A stretch of DNA of 64,000 nt from an uncultured Latescibacterota bacterium (lineage in GTDB: Bacteria; Latescibacterota; UBA2968). Below the pieces are notes generated by a model. It worked only from the letters and a program-made list of their open reading frames with translations. It did not search any database and was not told the origin of the DNA. A program made the position numbers and the translations under genes. This document shows positions 9,574 through 18,419 of this stretch, piece after piece (the stretch's first letter is position 1; the number at the start of each line of letters is the position of its first letter). The stretch lies in the NCBI GenBank assembly GCA_951812755.1, contig OX638329.1, positions 5,355,563 to 5,419,562 on the forward strand, read 5' to 3'.

Positions 9574-10755
9574 ATGCCGACCATTGGAACACCGCTTTCA
9601 CCCACTGCAAATAGAGTACTCATGTGTGGCTCTGGCGAATTGGGAAAAGAAGTTGTAATTGAACTCCAGCGCTATGGCGTTGAAGTAATTGCCGTAGATC
9701 GCTATGCCAATGCGCCCGCGATGCAAGTAGCGCATTGGTCGCATGTCATTACCATGCTGGATGGGGACGCCCTGCGCGAAGTCATAGAAAAAGAACAGCC
9801 CGACTTAATCGTACCCGAAATTGAAGCAATCGCCACAGACACACTCATCGAATTGGAAAGCGAAGGATTCACAGTAATCCCAACAGCCCGAGCAACCCGA
9901 CTGACAATGAACCGCGAAGGCATCCGTCGCCTGGCTGCCGAAGAACTGGGACTAAAAACATCACCTTACCGATTTGCCTCAAATTTAGAAGAATACCGCG
10001 CAGCAGTCCAAGAAATCGGCATGCCGTGTGTCATAAAACCTACCATGAGTTCATCGGGCAAAGGGCAAAGCACCGTAAAAAACATAGCCGATGCCGAAAA
10101 ATCGTGGACCTATGCACAGGAAGGTGCGCGCGGGGGTGCAGATGCGGTCATCGTGGAAGGATTTGTGGATTTTGATTATGAAATTACGCTATTGACCCTG
10201 CGCTATGAAGGAGGCACGAGTTTTTGCGCGCCAATAGGACATCGACAGGTAGATGGTGACTATCGCGAATCGTGGCAACCACAACCGATGAGCGAGGCCG
10301 CACTTGCAGAATCACAACGGATGGGCAAAGCCATCACCGACGCATTGGGCGGCCGCGGCATATTTGGAGTGGAATTATTTGTCAAAGGCGACGACATCTA
10401 CTTCAGCGAAGTATCACCTCGCCCACATGACACGGGCATGGTAACCATGATATCGCAAGACCTCTCCGAATTTGCCCTGCATGCGCGGGCAATTTTGGGA
10501 TTGCCTGTTCCAAACATCAAACACCACGGTCCCTCTGCCTCGCATGTGATCCTGGTAGAAGGACATTCGCAACAGGTGAAATTCGGCAACCTGAGCGCAG
10601 CACTCGCCGCACCCGATACAGAAATTCGCTTATTTGGCAAACCCGAAGTACAGGGAGAACGGCGAATGGGCGTCGTCCTTGCAAGGGGCGCGACACTGCA
10701 AGAAGCGCGTAAAAAGGCAAAAGCGGGAGCGGAAGCCGTTAGCATCGCGCTTTGA
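9574..10755 (+). CDS. purT: Formate-dependent phosphoribosylglycinamide formyltransferase (GAR transformylase 2)
   Basis: 393 aa with full-length similarity to PurT (ATP-grasp; N-terminal motif [12 protein letters not shown]…). Confidence 0.9.
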   Translation: MPTIGTPLSPTANRVLMCGSGELGKEVVIELQRYGVEVIAVDRYANAPAMQVAHWSHVITMLDGDALREVIEKEQPDLIVPEIEAIATDTLIELESEGFTVIPTARATRLTMNREGIRRLAAEELGLKTSPYRFASNLEEYRAAVQEIGMPCVIKPTMSSSGKGQSTVKNIADAEKSWTYAQEGARGGADAVIVEGFVDFDYEITLLTLRYEGGTSFCAPIGHRQVDGDYRESWQPQPMSEAALAESQRMGKAITDALGGRGIFGVELFVKGDDIYFSEVSPRPHDTGMVTMISQDLSEFALHARAILGLPVPNIKHHGPSASHVILVEGHSQQVKFGNLSAALAAPDTEIRLFGKPEVQGERRMGVVLARGATLQEARKKAKAGAEAVSIAL

Positions 10756-10778
10756 GAAATCTCTTGTGGTATGTAAAA

Positions 10779-10807
10779 TTGCCGCGCTTATCGCGCGGCA
10801 GTTTTTG
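10779..10807. terminator. Bidirectional intrinsic terminator between the convergent purT and enolase-superfamily genes
   Basis: The tgccgcgc-ttatc-gcgcggca hairpin is followed by a gttttt tract on the + strand and an A-tract on the - strand. Confidence 0.6.
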
Positions 10808-10808
10808 T

Positions 10809-12020
10809 TTATGAAAGGATCAATCGCGCAACAGCATCTTCATCAAGCGTAATACCCAAACCGGGTTTTTCCGTCAAAGTAATATGCCCATTTTCAAGCA
10901 ACAAAGGCTCTGTAAGAAGTCCATTGCCAAAAGGACCGCGTGCAAAACCGCTGGGACATTCGGAGATAAAGCAATTGGGAGTAGCAGCACCGACATGCAG
11001 CCCCGCCATGAGATGAATAGGCGTGCTGGTACTCACATGAGACGCCCACGACACACCAAACACATCGGCTAATTGTGCAATACGCAGCGTTTCAGAAATA
11101 CCTCCAGCCCGACAAACATCCGGAAGAATGAGATCGCATTCCTTGTTCAGCAAACGATCTCGCACAACATAGCGGTTGCAGTCTGTCTCCCCAACAGCGA
11201 TCCGAATAGAAGTCGATTGGGTCAACTGCCGATACCCCTGATGATCTTCGGGCACCAGAGCATCCTCAAACCATTCTACATTGCCGAGATCCTCGAGCAA
11301 CCGGACAAAGCGGAGAGCGTCTTTAATATCGAATCCGCCATGCGCGTCAACGAGCAGCTTGCCGCGATCTCCCACAGCGCGGGACATCTCGCGGACAACG
11401 TGCATTTGTTCGTCTATCGTCCCTCGTCCACAAGAAGTTTTCACAACAGAAAAACCTTCATCCAGAACCCTTTCAATCCCCTCGCAACGAGACTCAATAG
11501 TCTGACCCGGCGTCCCCGATGAATACACGGGTATTTGCAAACGATAAGGACCTCCGAGCAAGCGCCAGATCGGTTCATTGTAATATTTGCCGAGTATATC
11601 CCAAAGCGCGATATCGACCCCCGCAATCGCCTCCAGCGTAAATCCCTGCGTATGGGAACGCAGGCGCATCGTCGAAAACATGCGTTCCCACAAAACGTCG
11701 ATTGAGCGCGGATCCTCCCCAATGAGCACAGGACTCAACAGATCTTCAACAATCGTTTTTACAACACGAGGCGCAGCCGGGGCATGAGCTTCGCCAATGC
11801 CCTCAATACCATCATCTGCACACACGCGAATAAGCGCTGTCGATCGCCCCGAAGGATAGACACAGAGATGTCGCGTATCGGCTCTGCCGAGAAAGGCCTG
11901 TGTGGATTGGGGCGCGACTTGCGGAAATTTTAATCCTGCGGTATCTTCATATCGCGTCGCACCCTGCTGGCGAGCGGTAGAGAGAATATCGCAGGTAATA
12001 GCGGTAATTTTCATTTTCAC
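10809..12020 (-). CDS. Enolase-superfamily enzyme (mandelate racemase/muconate lactonising enzyme family; dehydratase or epimerase)
   Basis: 403 aa with the MR/MLE N-terminal capping domain and a barrel domain carrying conserved KxK and metal-binding D/E/D residues. Confidence 0.75.
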   Translation of the reverse strand: MKMKITAITCDILSTARQQGATRYEDTAGLKFPQVAPQSTQAFLGRADTRHLCVYPSGRSTALIRVCADDGIEGIGEAHAPAAPRVVKTIVEDLLSPVLIGEDPRSIDVLWERMFSTMRLRSHTQGFTLEAIAGVDIALWDILGKYYNEPIWRLLGGPYRLQIPVYSSGTPGQTIESRCEGIERVLDEGFSVVKTSCGRGTIDEQMHVVREMSRAVGDRGKLLVDAHGGFDIKDALRFVRLLEDLGNVEWFEDALVPEDHQGYRQLTQSTSIRIAVGETDCNRYVVRDRLLNKECDLILPDVCRAGGISETLRIAQLADVFGVSWASHVSTSTPIHLMAGLHVGAATPNCFISECPSGFARGPFGNGLLTEPLLLENGHITLTEKPGLGITLDEDAVARLILS

Positions 12021-12121
12021 CTCTTGGGGTGTGTTATCGTGGAATATATCGAAAAGTAAAAATAGGATGGAAATCTGCTATTTGCAAATCTCTGTCAAAA
12101 AAATTTTAACAGGAGGTAGCC

Positions 12122-13483
12122 GTGGCCGAACAATCACATTTATTAAATGACGAAGCAATATTGCATTTTATAGCGCGGGGATATTGCGTGGTCAAGACCA
12201 GTGTCACGCCGCATATCCACGCACAAATACTGACAGATGCAAAAAAAACCCTGGCAGAGGGAAACCCGGGCAATGACATATTACACGCCGCACCGGGATT
12301 GCGCGAAATTTTTGACGACGAAGCAATGGTTGGCGCGCTATCGAGCCTCCTCGGCGATTCCTATGTCATGCACTGCCACAGGCATTGCCATCGCAATATC
12401 GCGGGCACAGAAGGCCGAAATTTTCATCAGGACGGATCAACGCGTCGATTCGCTGGCTGGAGCCGACCCTGGCGGCGTCACCATCGCCCCCGAACAGTAA
12501 TGGCGATTTGTTATCCACACCAGACGCCGATTGAAATGGGACCCACTGGCGTGATACCCGGAACGCAGTATTACAGCGCGAAACCCAAAAATGAGTTCGA
12601 TTACGAATTCCCATTTGCGGTTGTCGATCCCGGCGATGTATTGCTCGTACACTTTGATTTATTTCATCGGGTATCCAGCAACACAAGCGACCGCGATCGG
12701 TACATGATGAAATTTTTGTTCAAGCGCACAGAAGAGTCAACAGCCCCGAGTTGGCATGCCGCATCAAATTTTGACCCCAACTTCGACACCCTTGCCCATC
12801 GGATAGAACCCGACCATCCCTCCGACGTCTTATTGCGCCACCCCCACGTATGGGAATTTATGTGGCGCTGGATGCGCGGTGAACCCCTGCCCGAATGGAG
12901 TGATGACGCACCCGTCTCTATAGGCGATATGATGCACAACCTGAACAGCGACGACTCAGGCGTCGCACTCAATGCCACCTACGCACTGGGACGATTGGGC
13001 AAGCGCGCAGTACCCGCATTGATGGATGTATTGCTGGGACAAGATGAAGCACTGCGAGAGCGAGTTCCCGCGGCACTATCAGCAGCGGGCGGACACGCAG
13101 TAGATGCACTCGTCCATGCATTAACACACTCTGATGACTGGGTGCGCGCAACCGCTGCGGATACCCTGGGCGACATTGGTTTGCCGGCCCTCGACGCGCT
13201 ACCCGCTATTCGCAACGCACTATCAGACCGCGACGACTGGGTGCGCCACAATGCCACGCGCGCATTGACTATCTGGAGCAAAGCTGCCGAAATCGCCCGC
13301 GATGACTTGCTCACAGCACTAAAAGACGAGGAGCCTTTTGTCGGCTTCAACGCGCTAACAGCTCTGGAACACATGGACTGCGTTGACGATACACAGGTAC
13401 TGCCATTGCTAAAAGCAATGCAACACCACGAACACACGCGATTGCGCTATCAGGTGAACGAAATGCTACAGCGCGTAGCCTGA
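12122..13483 (+). CDS. Fusion of a PhyH-family dioxygenase domain with C-terminal HEAT/PBS-lyase repeats
   Basis: The N-terminal 250 aa or so is PhyH-like. The C-terminal part carries repeated DDWVR(A/H)xAxxAL HEAT-like motifs. Confidence 0.65.
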   Translation: MAEQSHLLNDEAILHFIARGYCVVKTSVTPHIHAQILTDAKKTLAEGNPGNDILHAAPGLREIFDDEAMVGALSSLLGDSYVMHCHRHCHRNIAGTEGRNFHQDGSTRRFAGWSRPWRRHHRPRTVMAICYPHQTPIEMGPTGVIPGTQYYSAKPKNEFDYEFPFAVVDPGDVLLVHFDLFHRVSSNTSDRDRYMMKFLFKRTEESTAPSWHAASNFDPNFDTLAHRIEPDHPSDVLLRHPHVWEFMWRWMRGEPLPEWSDDAPVSIGDMMHNLNSDDSGVALNATYALGRLGKRAVPALMDVLLGQDEALRERVPAALSAAGGHAVDALVHALTHSDDWVRATAADTLGDIGLPALDALPAIRNALSDRDDWVRHNATRALTIWSKAAEIARDDLLTALKDEEPFVGFNALTALEHMDCVDDTQVLPLLKAMQHHEHTRLRYQVNEMLQRVA

Positions 13484-13510
13484 TCAATTGTTAAAAATAT
13501 ATTACAAGTA

Positions 13511-13537
13511 TTGACTTTTGCGCCGAATACTTATAAT
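13511..13537 (+). promoter_or_regulatory. Putative sigma-70 promoter (TTGACT … TATAAT) for the small CBM48 gene
   Basis: TTGACT at about 13511 and TATAAT at about 13532 (15-17 nt spacer, depending on register), about 55 nt upstream of the ATG at 13592. Confidence 0.45.
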
Positions 13538-13591
13538 GTTGCCCGTGATTGAGATAAATTTCCACAATTTAACACTCTGTGAGGAACGAAC

Positions 13592-13849
13592 ATGGCAGAC
13601 AAAAAACGGGTTTACTTTCAAGTGGAAGCACCCAGAGCGGGTGATGTTGTCGTATCGGGCGACTTTAACAACTGGGAACAACGGTCTTTGAAACCCAATA
13701 AAAAGGGCCAATGGACAACCTGGACAACCCTGACACCTGGGCGATATGAATATCGGTATCAGATCGACGGTGAATGGCGCAATGATCCCGAAGCACCTGC
13801 TGTGCCCAATGAATTTGGGTCGGAGAACAATGTTGTGGTCGTAGGTTAA
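13592..13849 (+). CDS. Standalone CBM48-like (AMPK-beta/isoamylase N-terminal, glycogen-binding) domain protein
   Basis: 85 aa; the signature FxxxxxxAxxVxVxGxFNNW…W…GxYEYRYxIDG…W is typical of CBM48/E-set domains. Confidence 0.7.
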   Translation: MADKKRVYFQVEAPRAGDVVVSGDFNNWEQRSLKPNKKGQWTTWTTLTPGRYEYRYQIDGEWRNDPEAPAVPNEFGSENNVVVVG

Positions 13850-13873
13850 AACCCTCTCAAAATTCCAACACAG

Positions 13874-13910
13874 AATCGCCTGTCCTCTATATCGGGCAGG
13901 CGATTTTTGC
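13874..13910 (+). terminator. Intrinsic terminator after the CBM48 gene
   Basis: Hairpin aatcgcctgtcc…ggcaggcgatt followed by tttt. Confidence 0.65.
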
Positions 13911-13980
13911 GTTTTTTAGCACTTTCATATATTTTCTCGTATGTGTATTTTGCACGACCATAAGGCATCGAGGAGGTATA

Positions 13981-14808
13981 ATGTCTTCCAAACGCAAACA
14001 GTTAATTCGAGACGGATTCTGTGTATTTAAAAAAGTACTCACTCCCGAGATGGTCAGGCGCACAAATGAGGCATCCAATCACCTATTAGACGCGCAAGAT
14101 GCCGAGTACTTTGAGGCACAGAAATCCACGGGAAGTTTGATTAGCATTTACCATGACGACTTTTTTTCCGAACTGGTCACATGGCCAAAAGCACTAAATG
14201 CTCTGCGGGAAATGGGCTTTGATCAACCCACTTTCTCCTCGGGTTTTATAATCAGCAAACCCCCGCACAGCCCACCCCTATTCTGGCATCAAGATTGGTG
14301 GGGATGGAATGATCCCATAAGTTATGAACCCCTGCCGCAACAGGTATTTTTGATGTACTATCTCGTAGATACCTCGCGTGAAAATGGATGTTTAAGGTTA
14401 ATCGAAGGTTCGCACTTAAAACGACATCCCCTGCACGATATAACCCCCGAAGCACATACTGAAGATTTGAGGCGCGTATCCGATCCAGACCATCCGGCCT
14501 ATCAGTCGTATCCCGACGAGCGGGATGTTCCCGTGCGTGCTGGCGATCTGGTCATCGGCGATTCGCGGCTATTGCACAGCGCACACGCCAACAAAACGGA
14601 CCAACGGCGGACAGTCATCACACTGTGGTACCACCCGATATATAACGAACTGCCCGACGGCATGCGCGCTCGCCTGGCGAACCGACACCCGATTCCAGAT
14701 CACTGGTCTGAAGAAGCCGCCCACAAAATCGCGCCACTGATGCCCATTTACGAAGGCGAATGCGAAGAACTCGAATGGAATCGTGTCCCAGGACCAGCGT
14801 TAGTGTGA
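13981..14808 (+). CDS. Phytanoyl-CoA dioxygenase (PhyH) family protein
   Basis: 275 aa with the HQDWW…D and LHSAHAN motifs of the PhyH family. Confidence 0.75.
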   Translation: MSSKRKQLIRDGFCVFKKVLTPEMVRRTNEASNHLLDAQDAEYFEAQKSTGSLISIYHDDFFSELVTWPKALNALREMGFDQPTFSSGFIISKPPHSPPLFWHQDWWGWNDPISYEPLPQQVFLMYYLVDTSRENGCLRLIEGSHLKRHPLHDITPEAHTEDLRRVSDPDHPAYQSYPDERDVPVRAGDLVIGDSRLLHSAHANKTDQRRTVITLWYHPIYNELPDGMRARLANRHPIPDHWSEEAAHKIAPLMPIYEGECEELEWNRVPGPALV

Positions 14809-15068
14809 TGATTATGACCAAACCAAAACTATATGAAGAAGTGGCACTGACGCGCAACATCCCGAAAGAAAACTTAAAACAGGGTGATGTTGCTGTCGTG
14901 GTCGAGTACGTACCACATCCTGCGGGTGGAGAAGAAGGAGCAATTTTAGAAATTTTTAATGCCATTGGCGAATCCGTAGCCGTGGTCACAGTACCCATCT
15001 CCGCGATTAAATCGCTACGTGCTGATCAAGTGTTGATGGTCCGAGAGATGGCTCCTGCAAGATCGTAA
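14808..15068 (+). CDS. DUF4926-like small protein
   Basis: About 86 aa from ATG ATT ATG (MIMTKPKLYEEVALTR…), with a conserved hydrophobic core. The track ORF starts at 14760. Confidence 0.45.
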   Translation: MIMTKPKLYEEVALTRNIPKENLKQGDVAVVVEYVPHPAGGEEGAILEIFNAIGESVAVVTVPISAIKSLRADQVLMVREMAPARS

Positions 15069-15089
15069 AAACCACAAAGCGAAAACAAC

Positions 15090-16142
15090 ATGAAAATCGC
15101 CGCTCTCATCTCCGGTGGTGTCGATAGTTCGGTGGCTTTGAACATATTAAAAAACGAAGGCCACGACCTGACGGCATATTACTTAAAAGTATGGCTCGAA
15201 GACGAACTCGCTTTCCTGGGGGAGTGTCCCTGGGAAGCCGACCTGAAATTCGTCCGATCCGTATGTGACCAACTCAATGTACCCCTAAAAGTAATCTCCC
15301 TGCAATCGGAATACCTCGAACGCGTCGTATCTTATGCACTCGAAGAACTACGCGCTGGACGCACACCCAGTCCAGATATATTTTGCAATCAGCGGATCAA
15401 ATTCGGCGCATTCTTTGACCACATCGACAGCAGTTATGAAAAAGTGGCAACCGGGCACTACGCACAAATCGCACAGAGCAATGGAACTTATCATCTAAAA
15501 CGCGCCCCCGATCCCATCAAAGATCAGACCTACTTCTTATCCGGCATGTATCAATCACAGGTCGCGCGGGCATTATTTCCCATCGGAAACATGATGAAAA
15601 ACGAAGTGCGCCAACTCGCCCGGGATTTTGACCTGCCAAATCAAGCGCGAAAAGACAGCCAGGGAATATGCTTCCTGGGCAAAATCAGATACCCGGACTT
15701 TATCGCATTTCACCTGGGCGAAAAAAAAGGCGATATTATCAATAGAGAAACCGGACAAATCCTGGGACCTCATCGGGGCTACTATTATTGCACAATTGGA
15801 CAACGGTATGGCCTGGGATTGAGCGGGGGACCCTGGTACGTCGTACAAAAAGATGTTGAACGCAACATCATATTTGTATCTCACGCCACGAGGTACAAGA
15901 ACACATCGCGGAACCAATTTGTCGCGACAAATCCCAATTGGATAGCAAAACCACCAGACAAAACCGCCCTGCAATTAAAACTGCGTCACGGGCCAGAACT
16001 GATCAACTGCGAAATCGAAACAACAGACGACAACAGCTTATCCGTAACCATAGCAGAAAAAGACTCCGGCATTGCGCCCGGACAATTCGCCGTATTTTAT
16101 GACGGCGACCTCTGCCTCGGCAGCGCGGTAATTGACCACTAA
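15090..16142 (+). CDS. mnmA: tRNA 2-thiouridine(34) synthase
   Basis: 350 aa. N-terminal PP-loop SGGVDSSV and full-length MnmA similarity. Confidence 0.9.
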   Translation: MKIAALISGGVDSSVALNILKNEGHDLTAYYLKVWLEDELAFLGECPWEADLKFVRSVCDQLNVPLKVISLQSEYLERVVSYALEELRAGRTPSPDIFCNQRIKFGAFFDHIDSSYEKVATGHYAQIAQSNGTYHLKRAPDPIKDQTYFLSGMYQSQVARALFPIGNMMKNEVRQLARDFDLPNQARKDSQGICFLGKIRYPDFIAFHLGEKKGDIINRETGQILGPHRGYYYCTIGQRYGLGLSGGPWYVVQKDVERNIIFVSHATRYKNTSRNQFVATNPNWIAKPPDKTALQLKLRHGPELINCEIETTDDNSLSVTIAEKDSGIAPGQFAVFYDGDLCLGSAVIDH

Positions 16143-16157
16143 AAAAGAGAGGGCACA

Positions 16158-16493
16158 ATGAGCATTGAACAGGCGCGGGCCGCCGTTGAATCCGGCGATA
16201 TAGACACCCTTAAAAGACTGATAGCAGAAGATCCACAACTGGTCAATAAAACCACAGCGGACAATCCCCGCACACTTTTGCACACACTCTGCGATTATCC
16301 CGCGCACAGACCCAGATACCGCGAATCCGCAGAAATTTTGATACGTTCAGGTGCGGATGTCAATGCGCGGGCAAAGTTCGAGAGAAAAACCGACCCTGGC
16401 GAAACACCTCTGGATCAAGCTGTGGACAGAAAACACACCGAAGTTGCGAACTGGTTGATGACAATTGGCGCGAAACGATCCGTGAACTTATAA
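16158..16493 (+). CDS. Ankyrin-repeat protein
   Basis: 111 aa with two or three ankyrin repeats (…TLLHTL…AEILIRSGADVNA…). Confidence 0.7.
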   Translation: MSIEQARAAVESGDIDTLKRLIAEDPQLVNKTTADNPRTLLHTLCDYPAHRPRYRESAEILIRSGADVNARAKFERKTDPGETPLDQAVDRKHTEVANWLMTIGAKRSVNL

Positions 16494-16519
16494 TGTCATG
16501 GCATTGAAGGAAACCCAAC

Positions 16520-17464
16520 ATGAACAAAGTAGGCTTAGTTCAACATCCTGATTTTCAAAAACACGACACGGGAGGCGCGCATCCCGAGCGACCCGAGCGA
16601 TTAAAAACACTGCATGCCCATCTGGATGCAACGGGCCTGACAAAAGACCTCATAACACTCGAGCCCCGACATGTCGATACCTCCTGGCTGGAAAAAGCAC
16701 ACACCCCCGAGCATATTGCAAATGTGAAAGCGCGATGTACACAGGGCATCACGTACATGGACGATTTCGACACCAGAATCTGTCCACTATCTTTTGACAT
16801 TGCCCGACTCGCTGTCGGTGCGACATTTGAAGCCATTGACGCGGTCATGGACGCGCGCGTACACACGACTTTTTGTGCCGTGCGCCCCCCCGGGCACCAT
16901 GCCGAACGCGATCACGCAATGGGATTTTGCCTATTTAGCAACGCGGTCATTGCCGCGCGATATATTCAAGAAACATATTCCCTTGAACGCATAGCAATTG
17001 TAGATTGGGATGTACATCACGGCAATGGCACACAGCACATTTTAGAAACCGACCCCTCAGTATTCTTCTTTAGCATCCACCAATACCCCCATTATCCCGG
17101 CACGGGACGAACTGACGAAACAGGTATTGGCGCAGGAGAAGGATTCACACTAAATGCACCCGTACCTGCAGGCAGCGATGACGCCGTGTATTTGCGCATA
17201 TTCGACGACATATTTTTGCCCGCCATGCACACATTTAAACCGCAATTTGTCATTATCTCCGCTGGATTTGACGCGCATCGGTCCGACCCCTTATCGGCCA
17301 CTCAAGTGACAGAATCTGGTTTTGCCGAAATGACAAAGCGCGTAATGGCTGTCGCACAAGATCACGCAGAGGGAAGGCTAATCTCTCTCCTGGAGGGTGG
17401 ATATGATCTGGGCGGCCTCTCGCGCAGCGTCGAATCCCATATAAAGGAGCTAATGAATGGGTGA
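16520..17464 (+). CDS. Histone deacetylase-family (class I/II HDAC, AcuC/AphA-like) deacetylase
   Basis: 314 aa. Zinc-site motifs DWDVHHGNGTQ and SAGFDAH. Confidence 0.85.
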   Translation: MNKVGLVQHPDFQKHDTGGAHPERPERLKTLHAHLDATGLTKDLITLEPRHVDTSWLEKAHTPEHIANVKARCTQGITYMDDFDTRICPLSFDIARLAVGATFEAIDAVMDARVHTTFCAVRPPGHHAERDHAMGFCLFSNAVIAARYIQETYSLERIAIVDWDVHHGNGTQHILETDPSVFFFSIHQYPHYPGTGRTDETGIGAGEGFTLNAPVPAGSDDAVYLRIFDDIFLPAMHTFKPQFVIISAGFDAHRSDPLSATQVTESGFAEMTKRVMAVAQDHAEGRLISLLEGGYDLGGLSRSVESHIKELMNG

Positions 17465-18347
17465 AACAAAAAAAATAATCGTAGCATTTCAAGGTGAACA
17501 CGGCGCATTCAGTGAAATGGCCGCGCGTTCGTACTTTGGCAAAGATGTGGAAGTCGTACCACAACGCGATTTTTCAGCCCTGTTCGCAGCTGTCGCACAC
17601 GGAGAGTGTACACACGGCATAGTGCCGATTGAAAATTCATTAATGGGTAGCATTCACGAAAATTACGATCACCTATCGGCGCACCATTTACAGATCATCG
17701 GCGAACTGAAATTGCGCATCGTACACAATCTAATTGTAAACCCAGGTGTAAAATTAGAAGACATCCGCCATATCTATTCCCAGGCACCTGCACTGGCCCA
17801 GTGTACGCAATTCACTGCATCCCTGTCACGCGCCGAAACAATTATGACCGCCGATACCGCAGGAGCCGTAAAGGCTTTGAAAACATCGGGCGCACGCGAT
17901 GCCGCTGCAATAGCGAGTGCCCAGGCAGCCTGGGATTACGATCTGGAAATTTTGCAGGCGGGCATTGAAGACGACCACCAAAATTACACGCGATTTTTAG
18001 TCGTCACATCCGAGGCTATAGCACCTGAAAATCCGGATATCCAGATGCCCGCAAAAACATCGATCGTATTCGCCATGAAAAATGTGCCCGGCGCATTGTT
18101 TAAAAGTCTGAGCGTATTTGCATTGCGCGACCTCAATCTGCTCAAAATAGAATCTCGCCCCCTTGCGGGCAAACCCTGGGAATACGCCTTCTCGCTCGAC
18201 TTTGAAGGCCATATCCGTCAAGAACCCTGCGCCCGCGCCATTGAACACCTGCGCGAAATCGCGACCTTTGTAAAAATTCTCGGTTCTTATCGACAAGGAG
18301 AAATGGTCGAAGGCAAAGTTTGGAAAGACGTAAAACGTAAGACGTAA
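17457..18347 (+). CDS. pheA: Prephenate dehydratase
   Basis: 296 aa. PDT domain (TRF and ESRP motifs) plus a C-terminal ACT domain. Confidence 0.85.
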   Translation: MGETKKIIVAFQGEHGAFSEMAARSYFGKDVEVVPQRDFSALFAAVAHGECTHGIVPIENSLMGSIHENYDHLSAHHLQIIGELKLRIVHNLIVNPGVKLEDIRHIYSQAPALAQCTQFTASLSRAETIMTADTAGAVKALKTSGARDAAAIASAQAAWDYDLEILQAGIEDDHQNYTRFLVVTSEAIAPENPDIQMPAKTSIVFAMKNVPGALFKSLSVFALRDLNLLKIESRPLAGKPWEYAFSLDFEGHIRQEPCARAIEHLREIATFVKILGSYRQGEMVEGKVWKDVKRKT

Positions 18348-18395
18348 AACGTGAGACGTAAAAAGCACCCCCCTCTCACCTCTTACGTCTCACCT
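18330..18395 (+). repeat. Three tandem 14-nt repeats (agacgtaaaacgtr) spanning the pheA stop codon, followed by a long hairpin (gtgagacgtaa … ttacgtctcac)
   Basis: Read directly from the sequence. The repeat encodes the C-terminal residues (VKRKT*). Confidence 0.6.
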
Positions 18396-18419
18396 CTCAC
18401 CTTCTTTTAAGGATTTTAC

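Noticed and set aside
13501-13516. attacaagtattgac upstream of the CBM48 gene resembling attacaagttattgac at the transposon copy 2 insertion site (59974-59989)
   Set aside because: Only a 15-16-nt similarity, plausibly by chance. Not enough to propose a transposon target preference.
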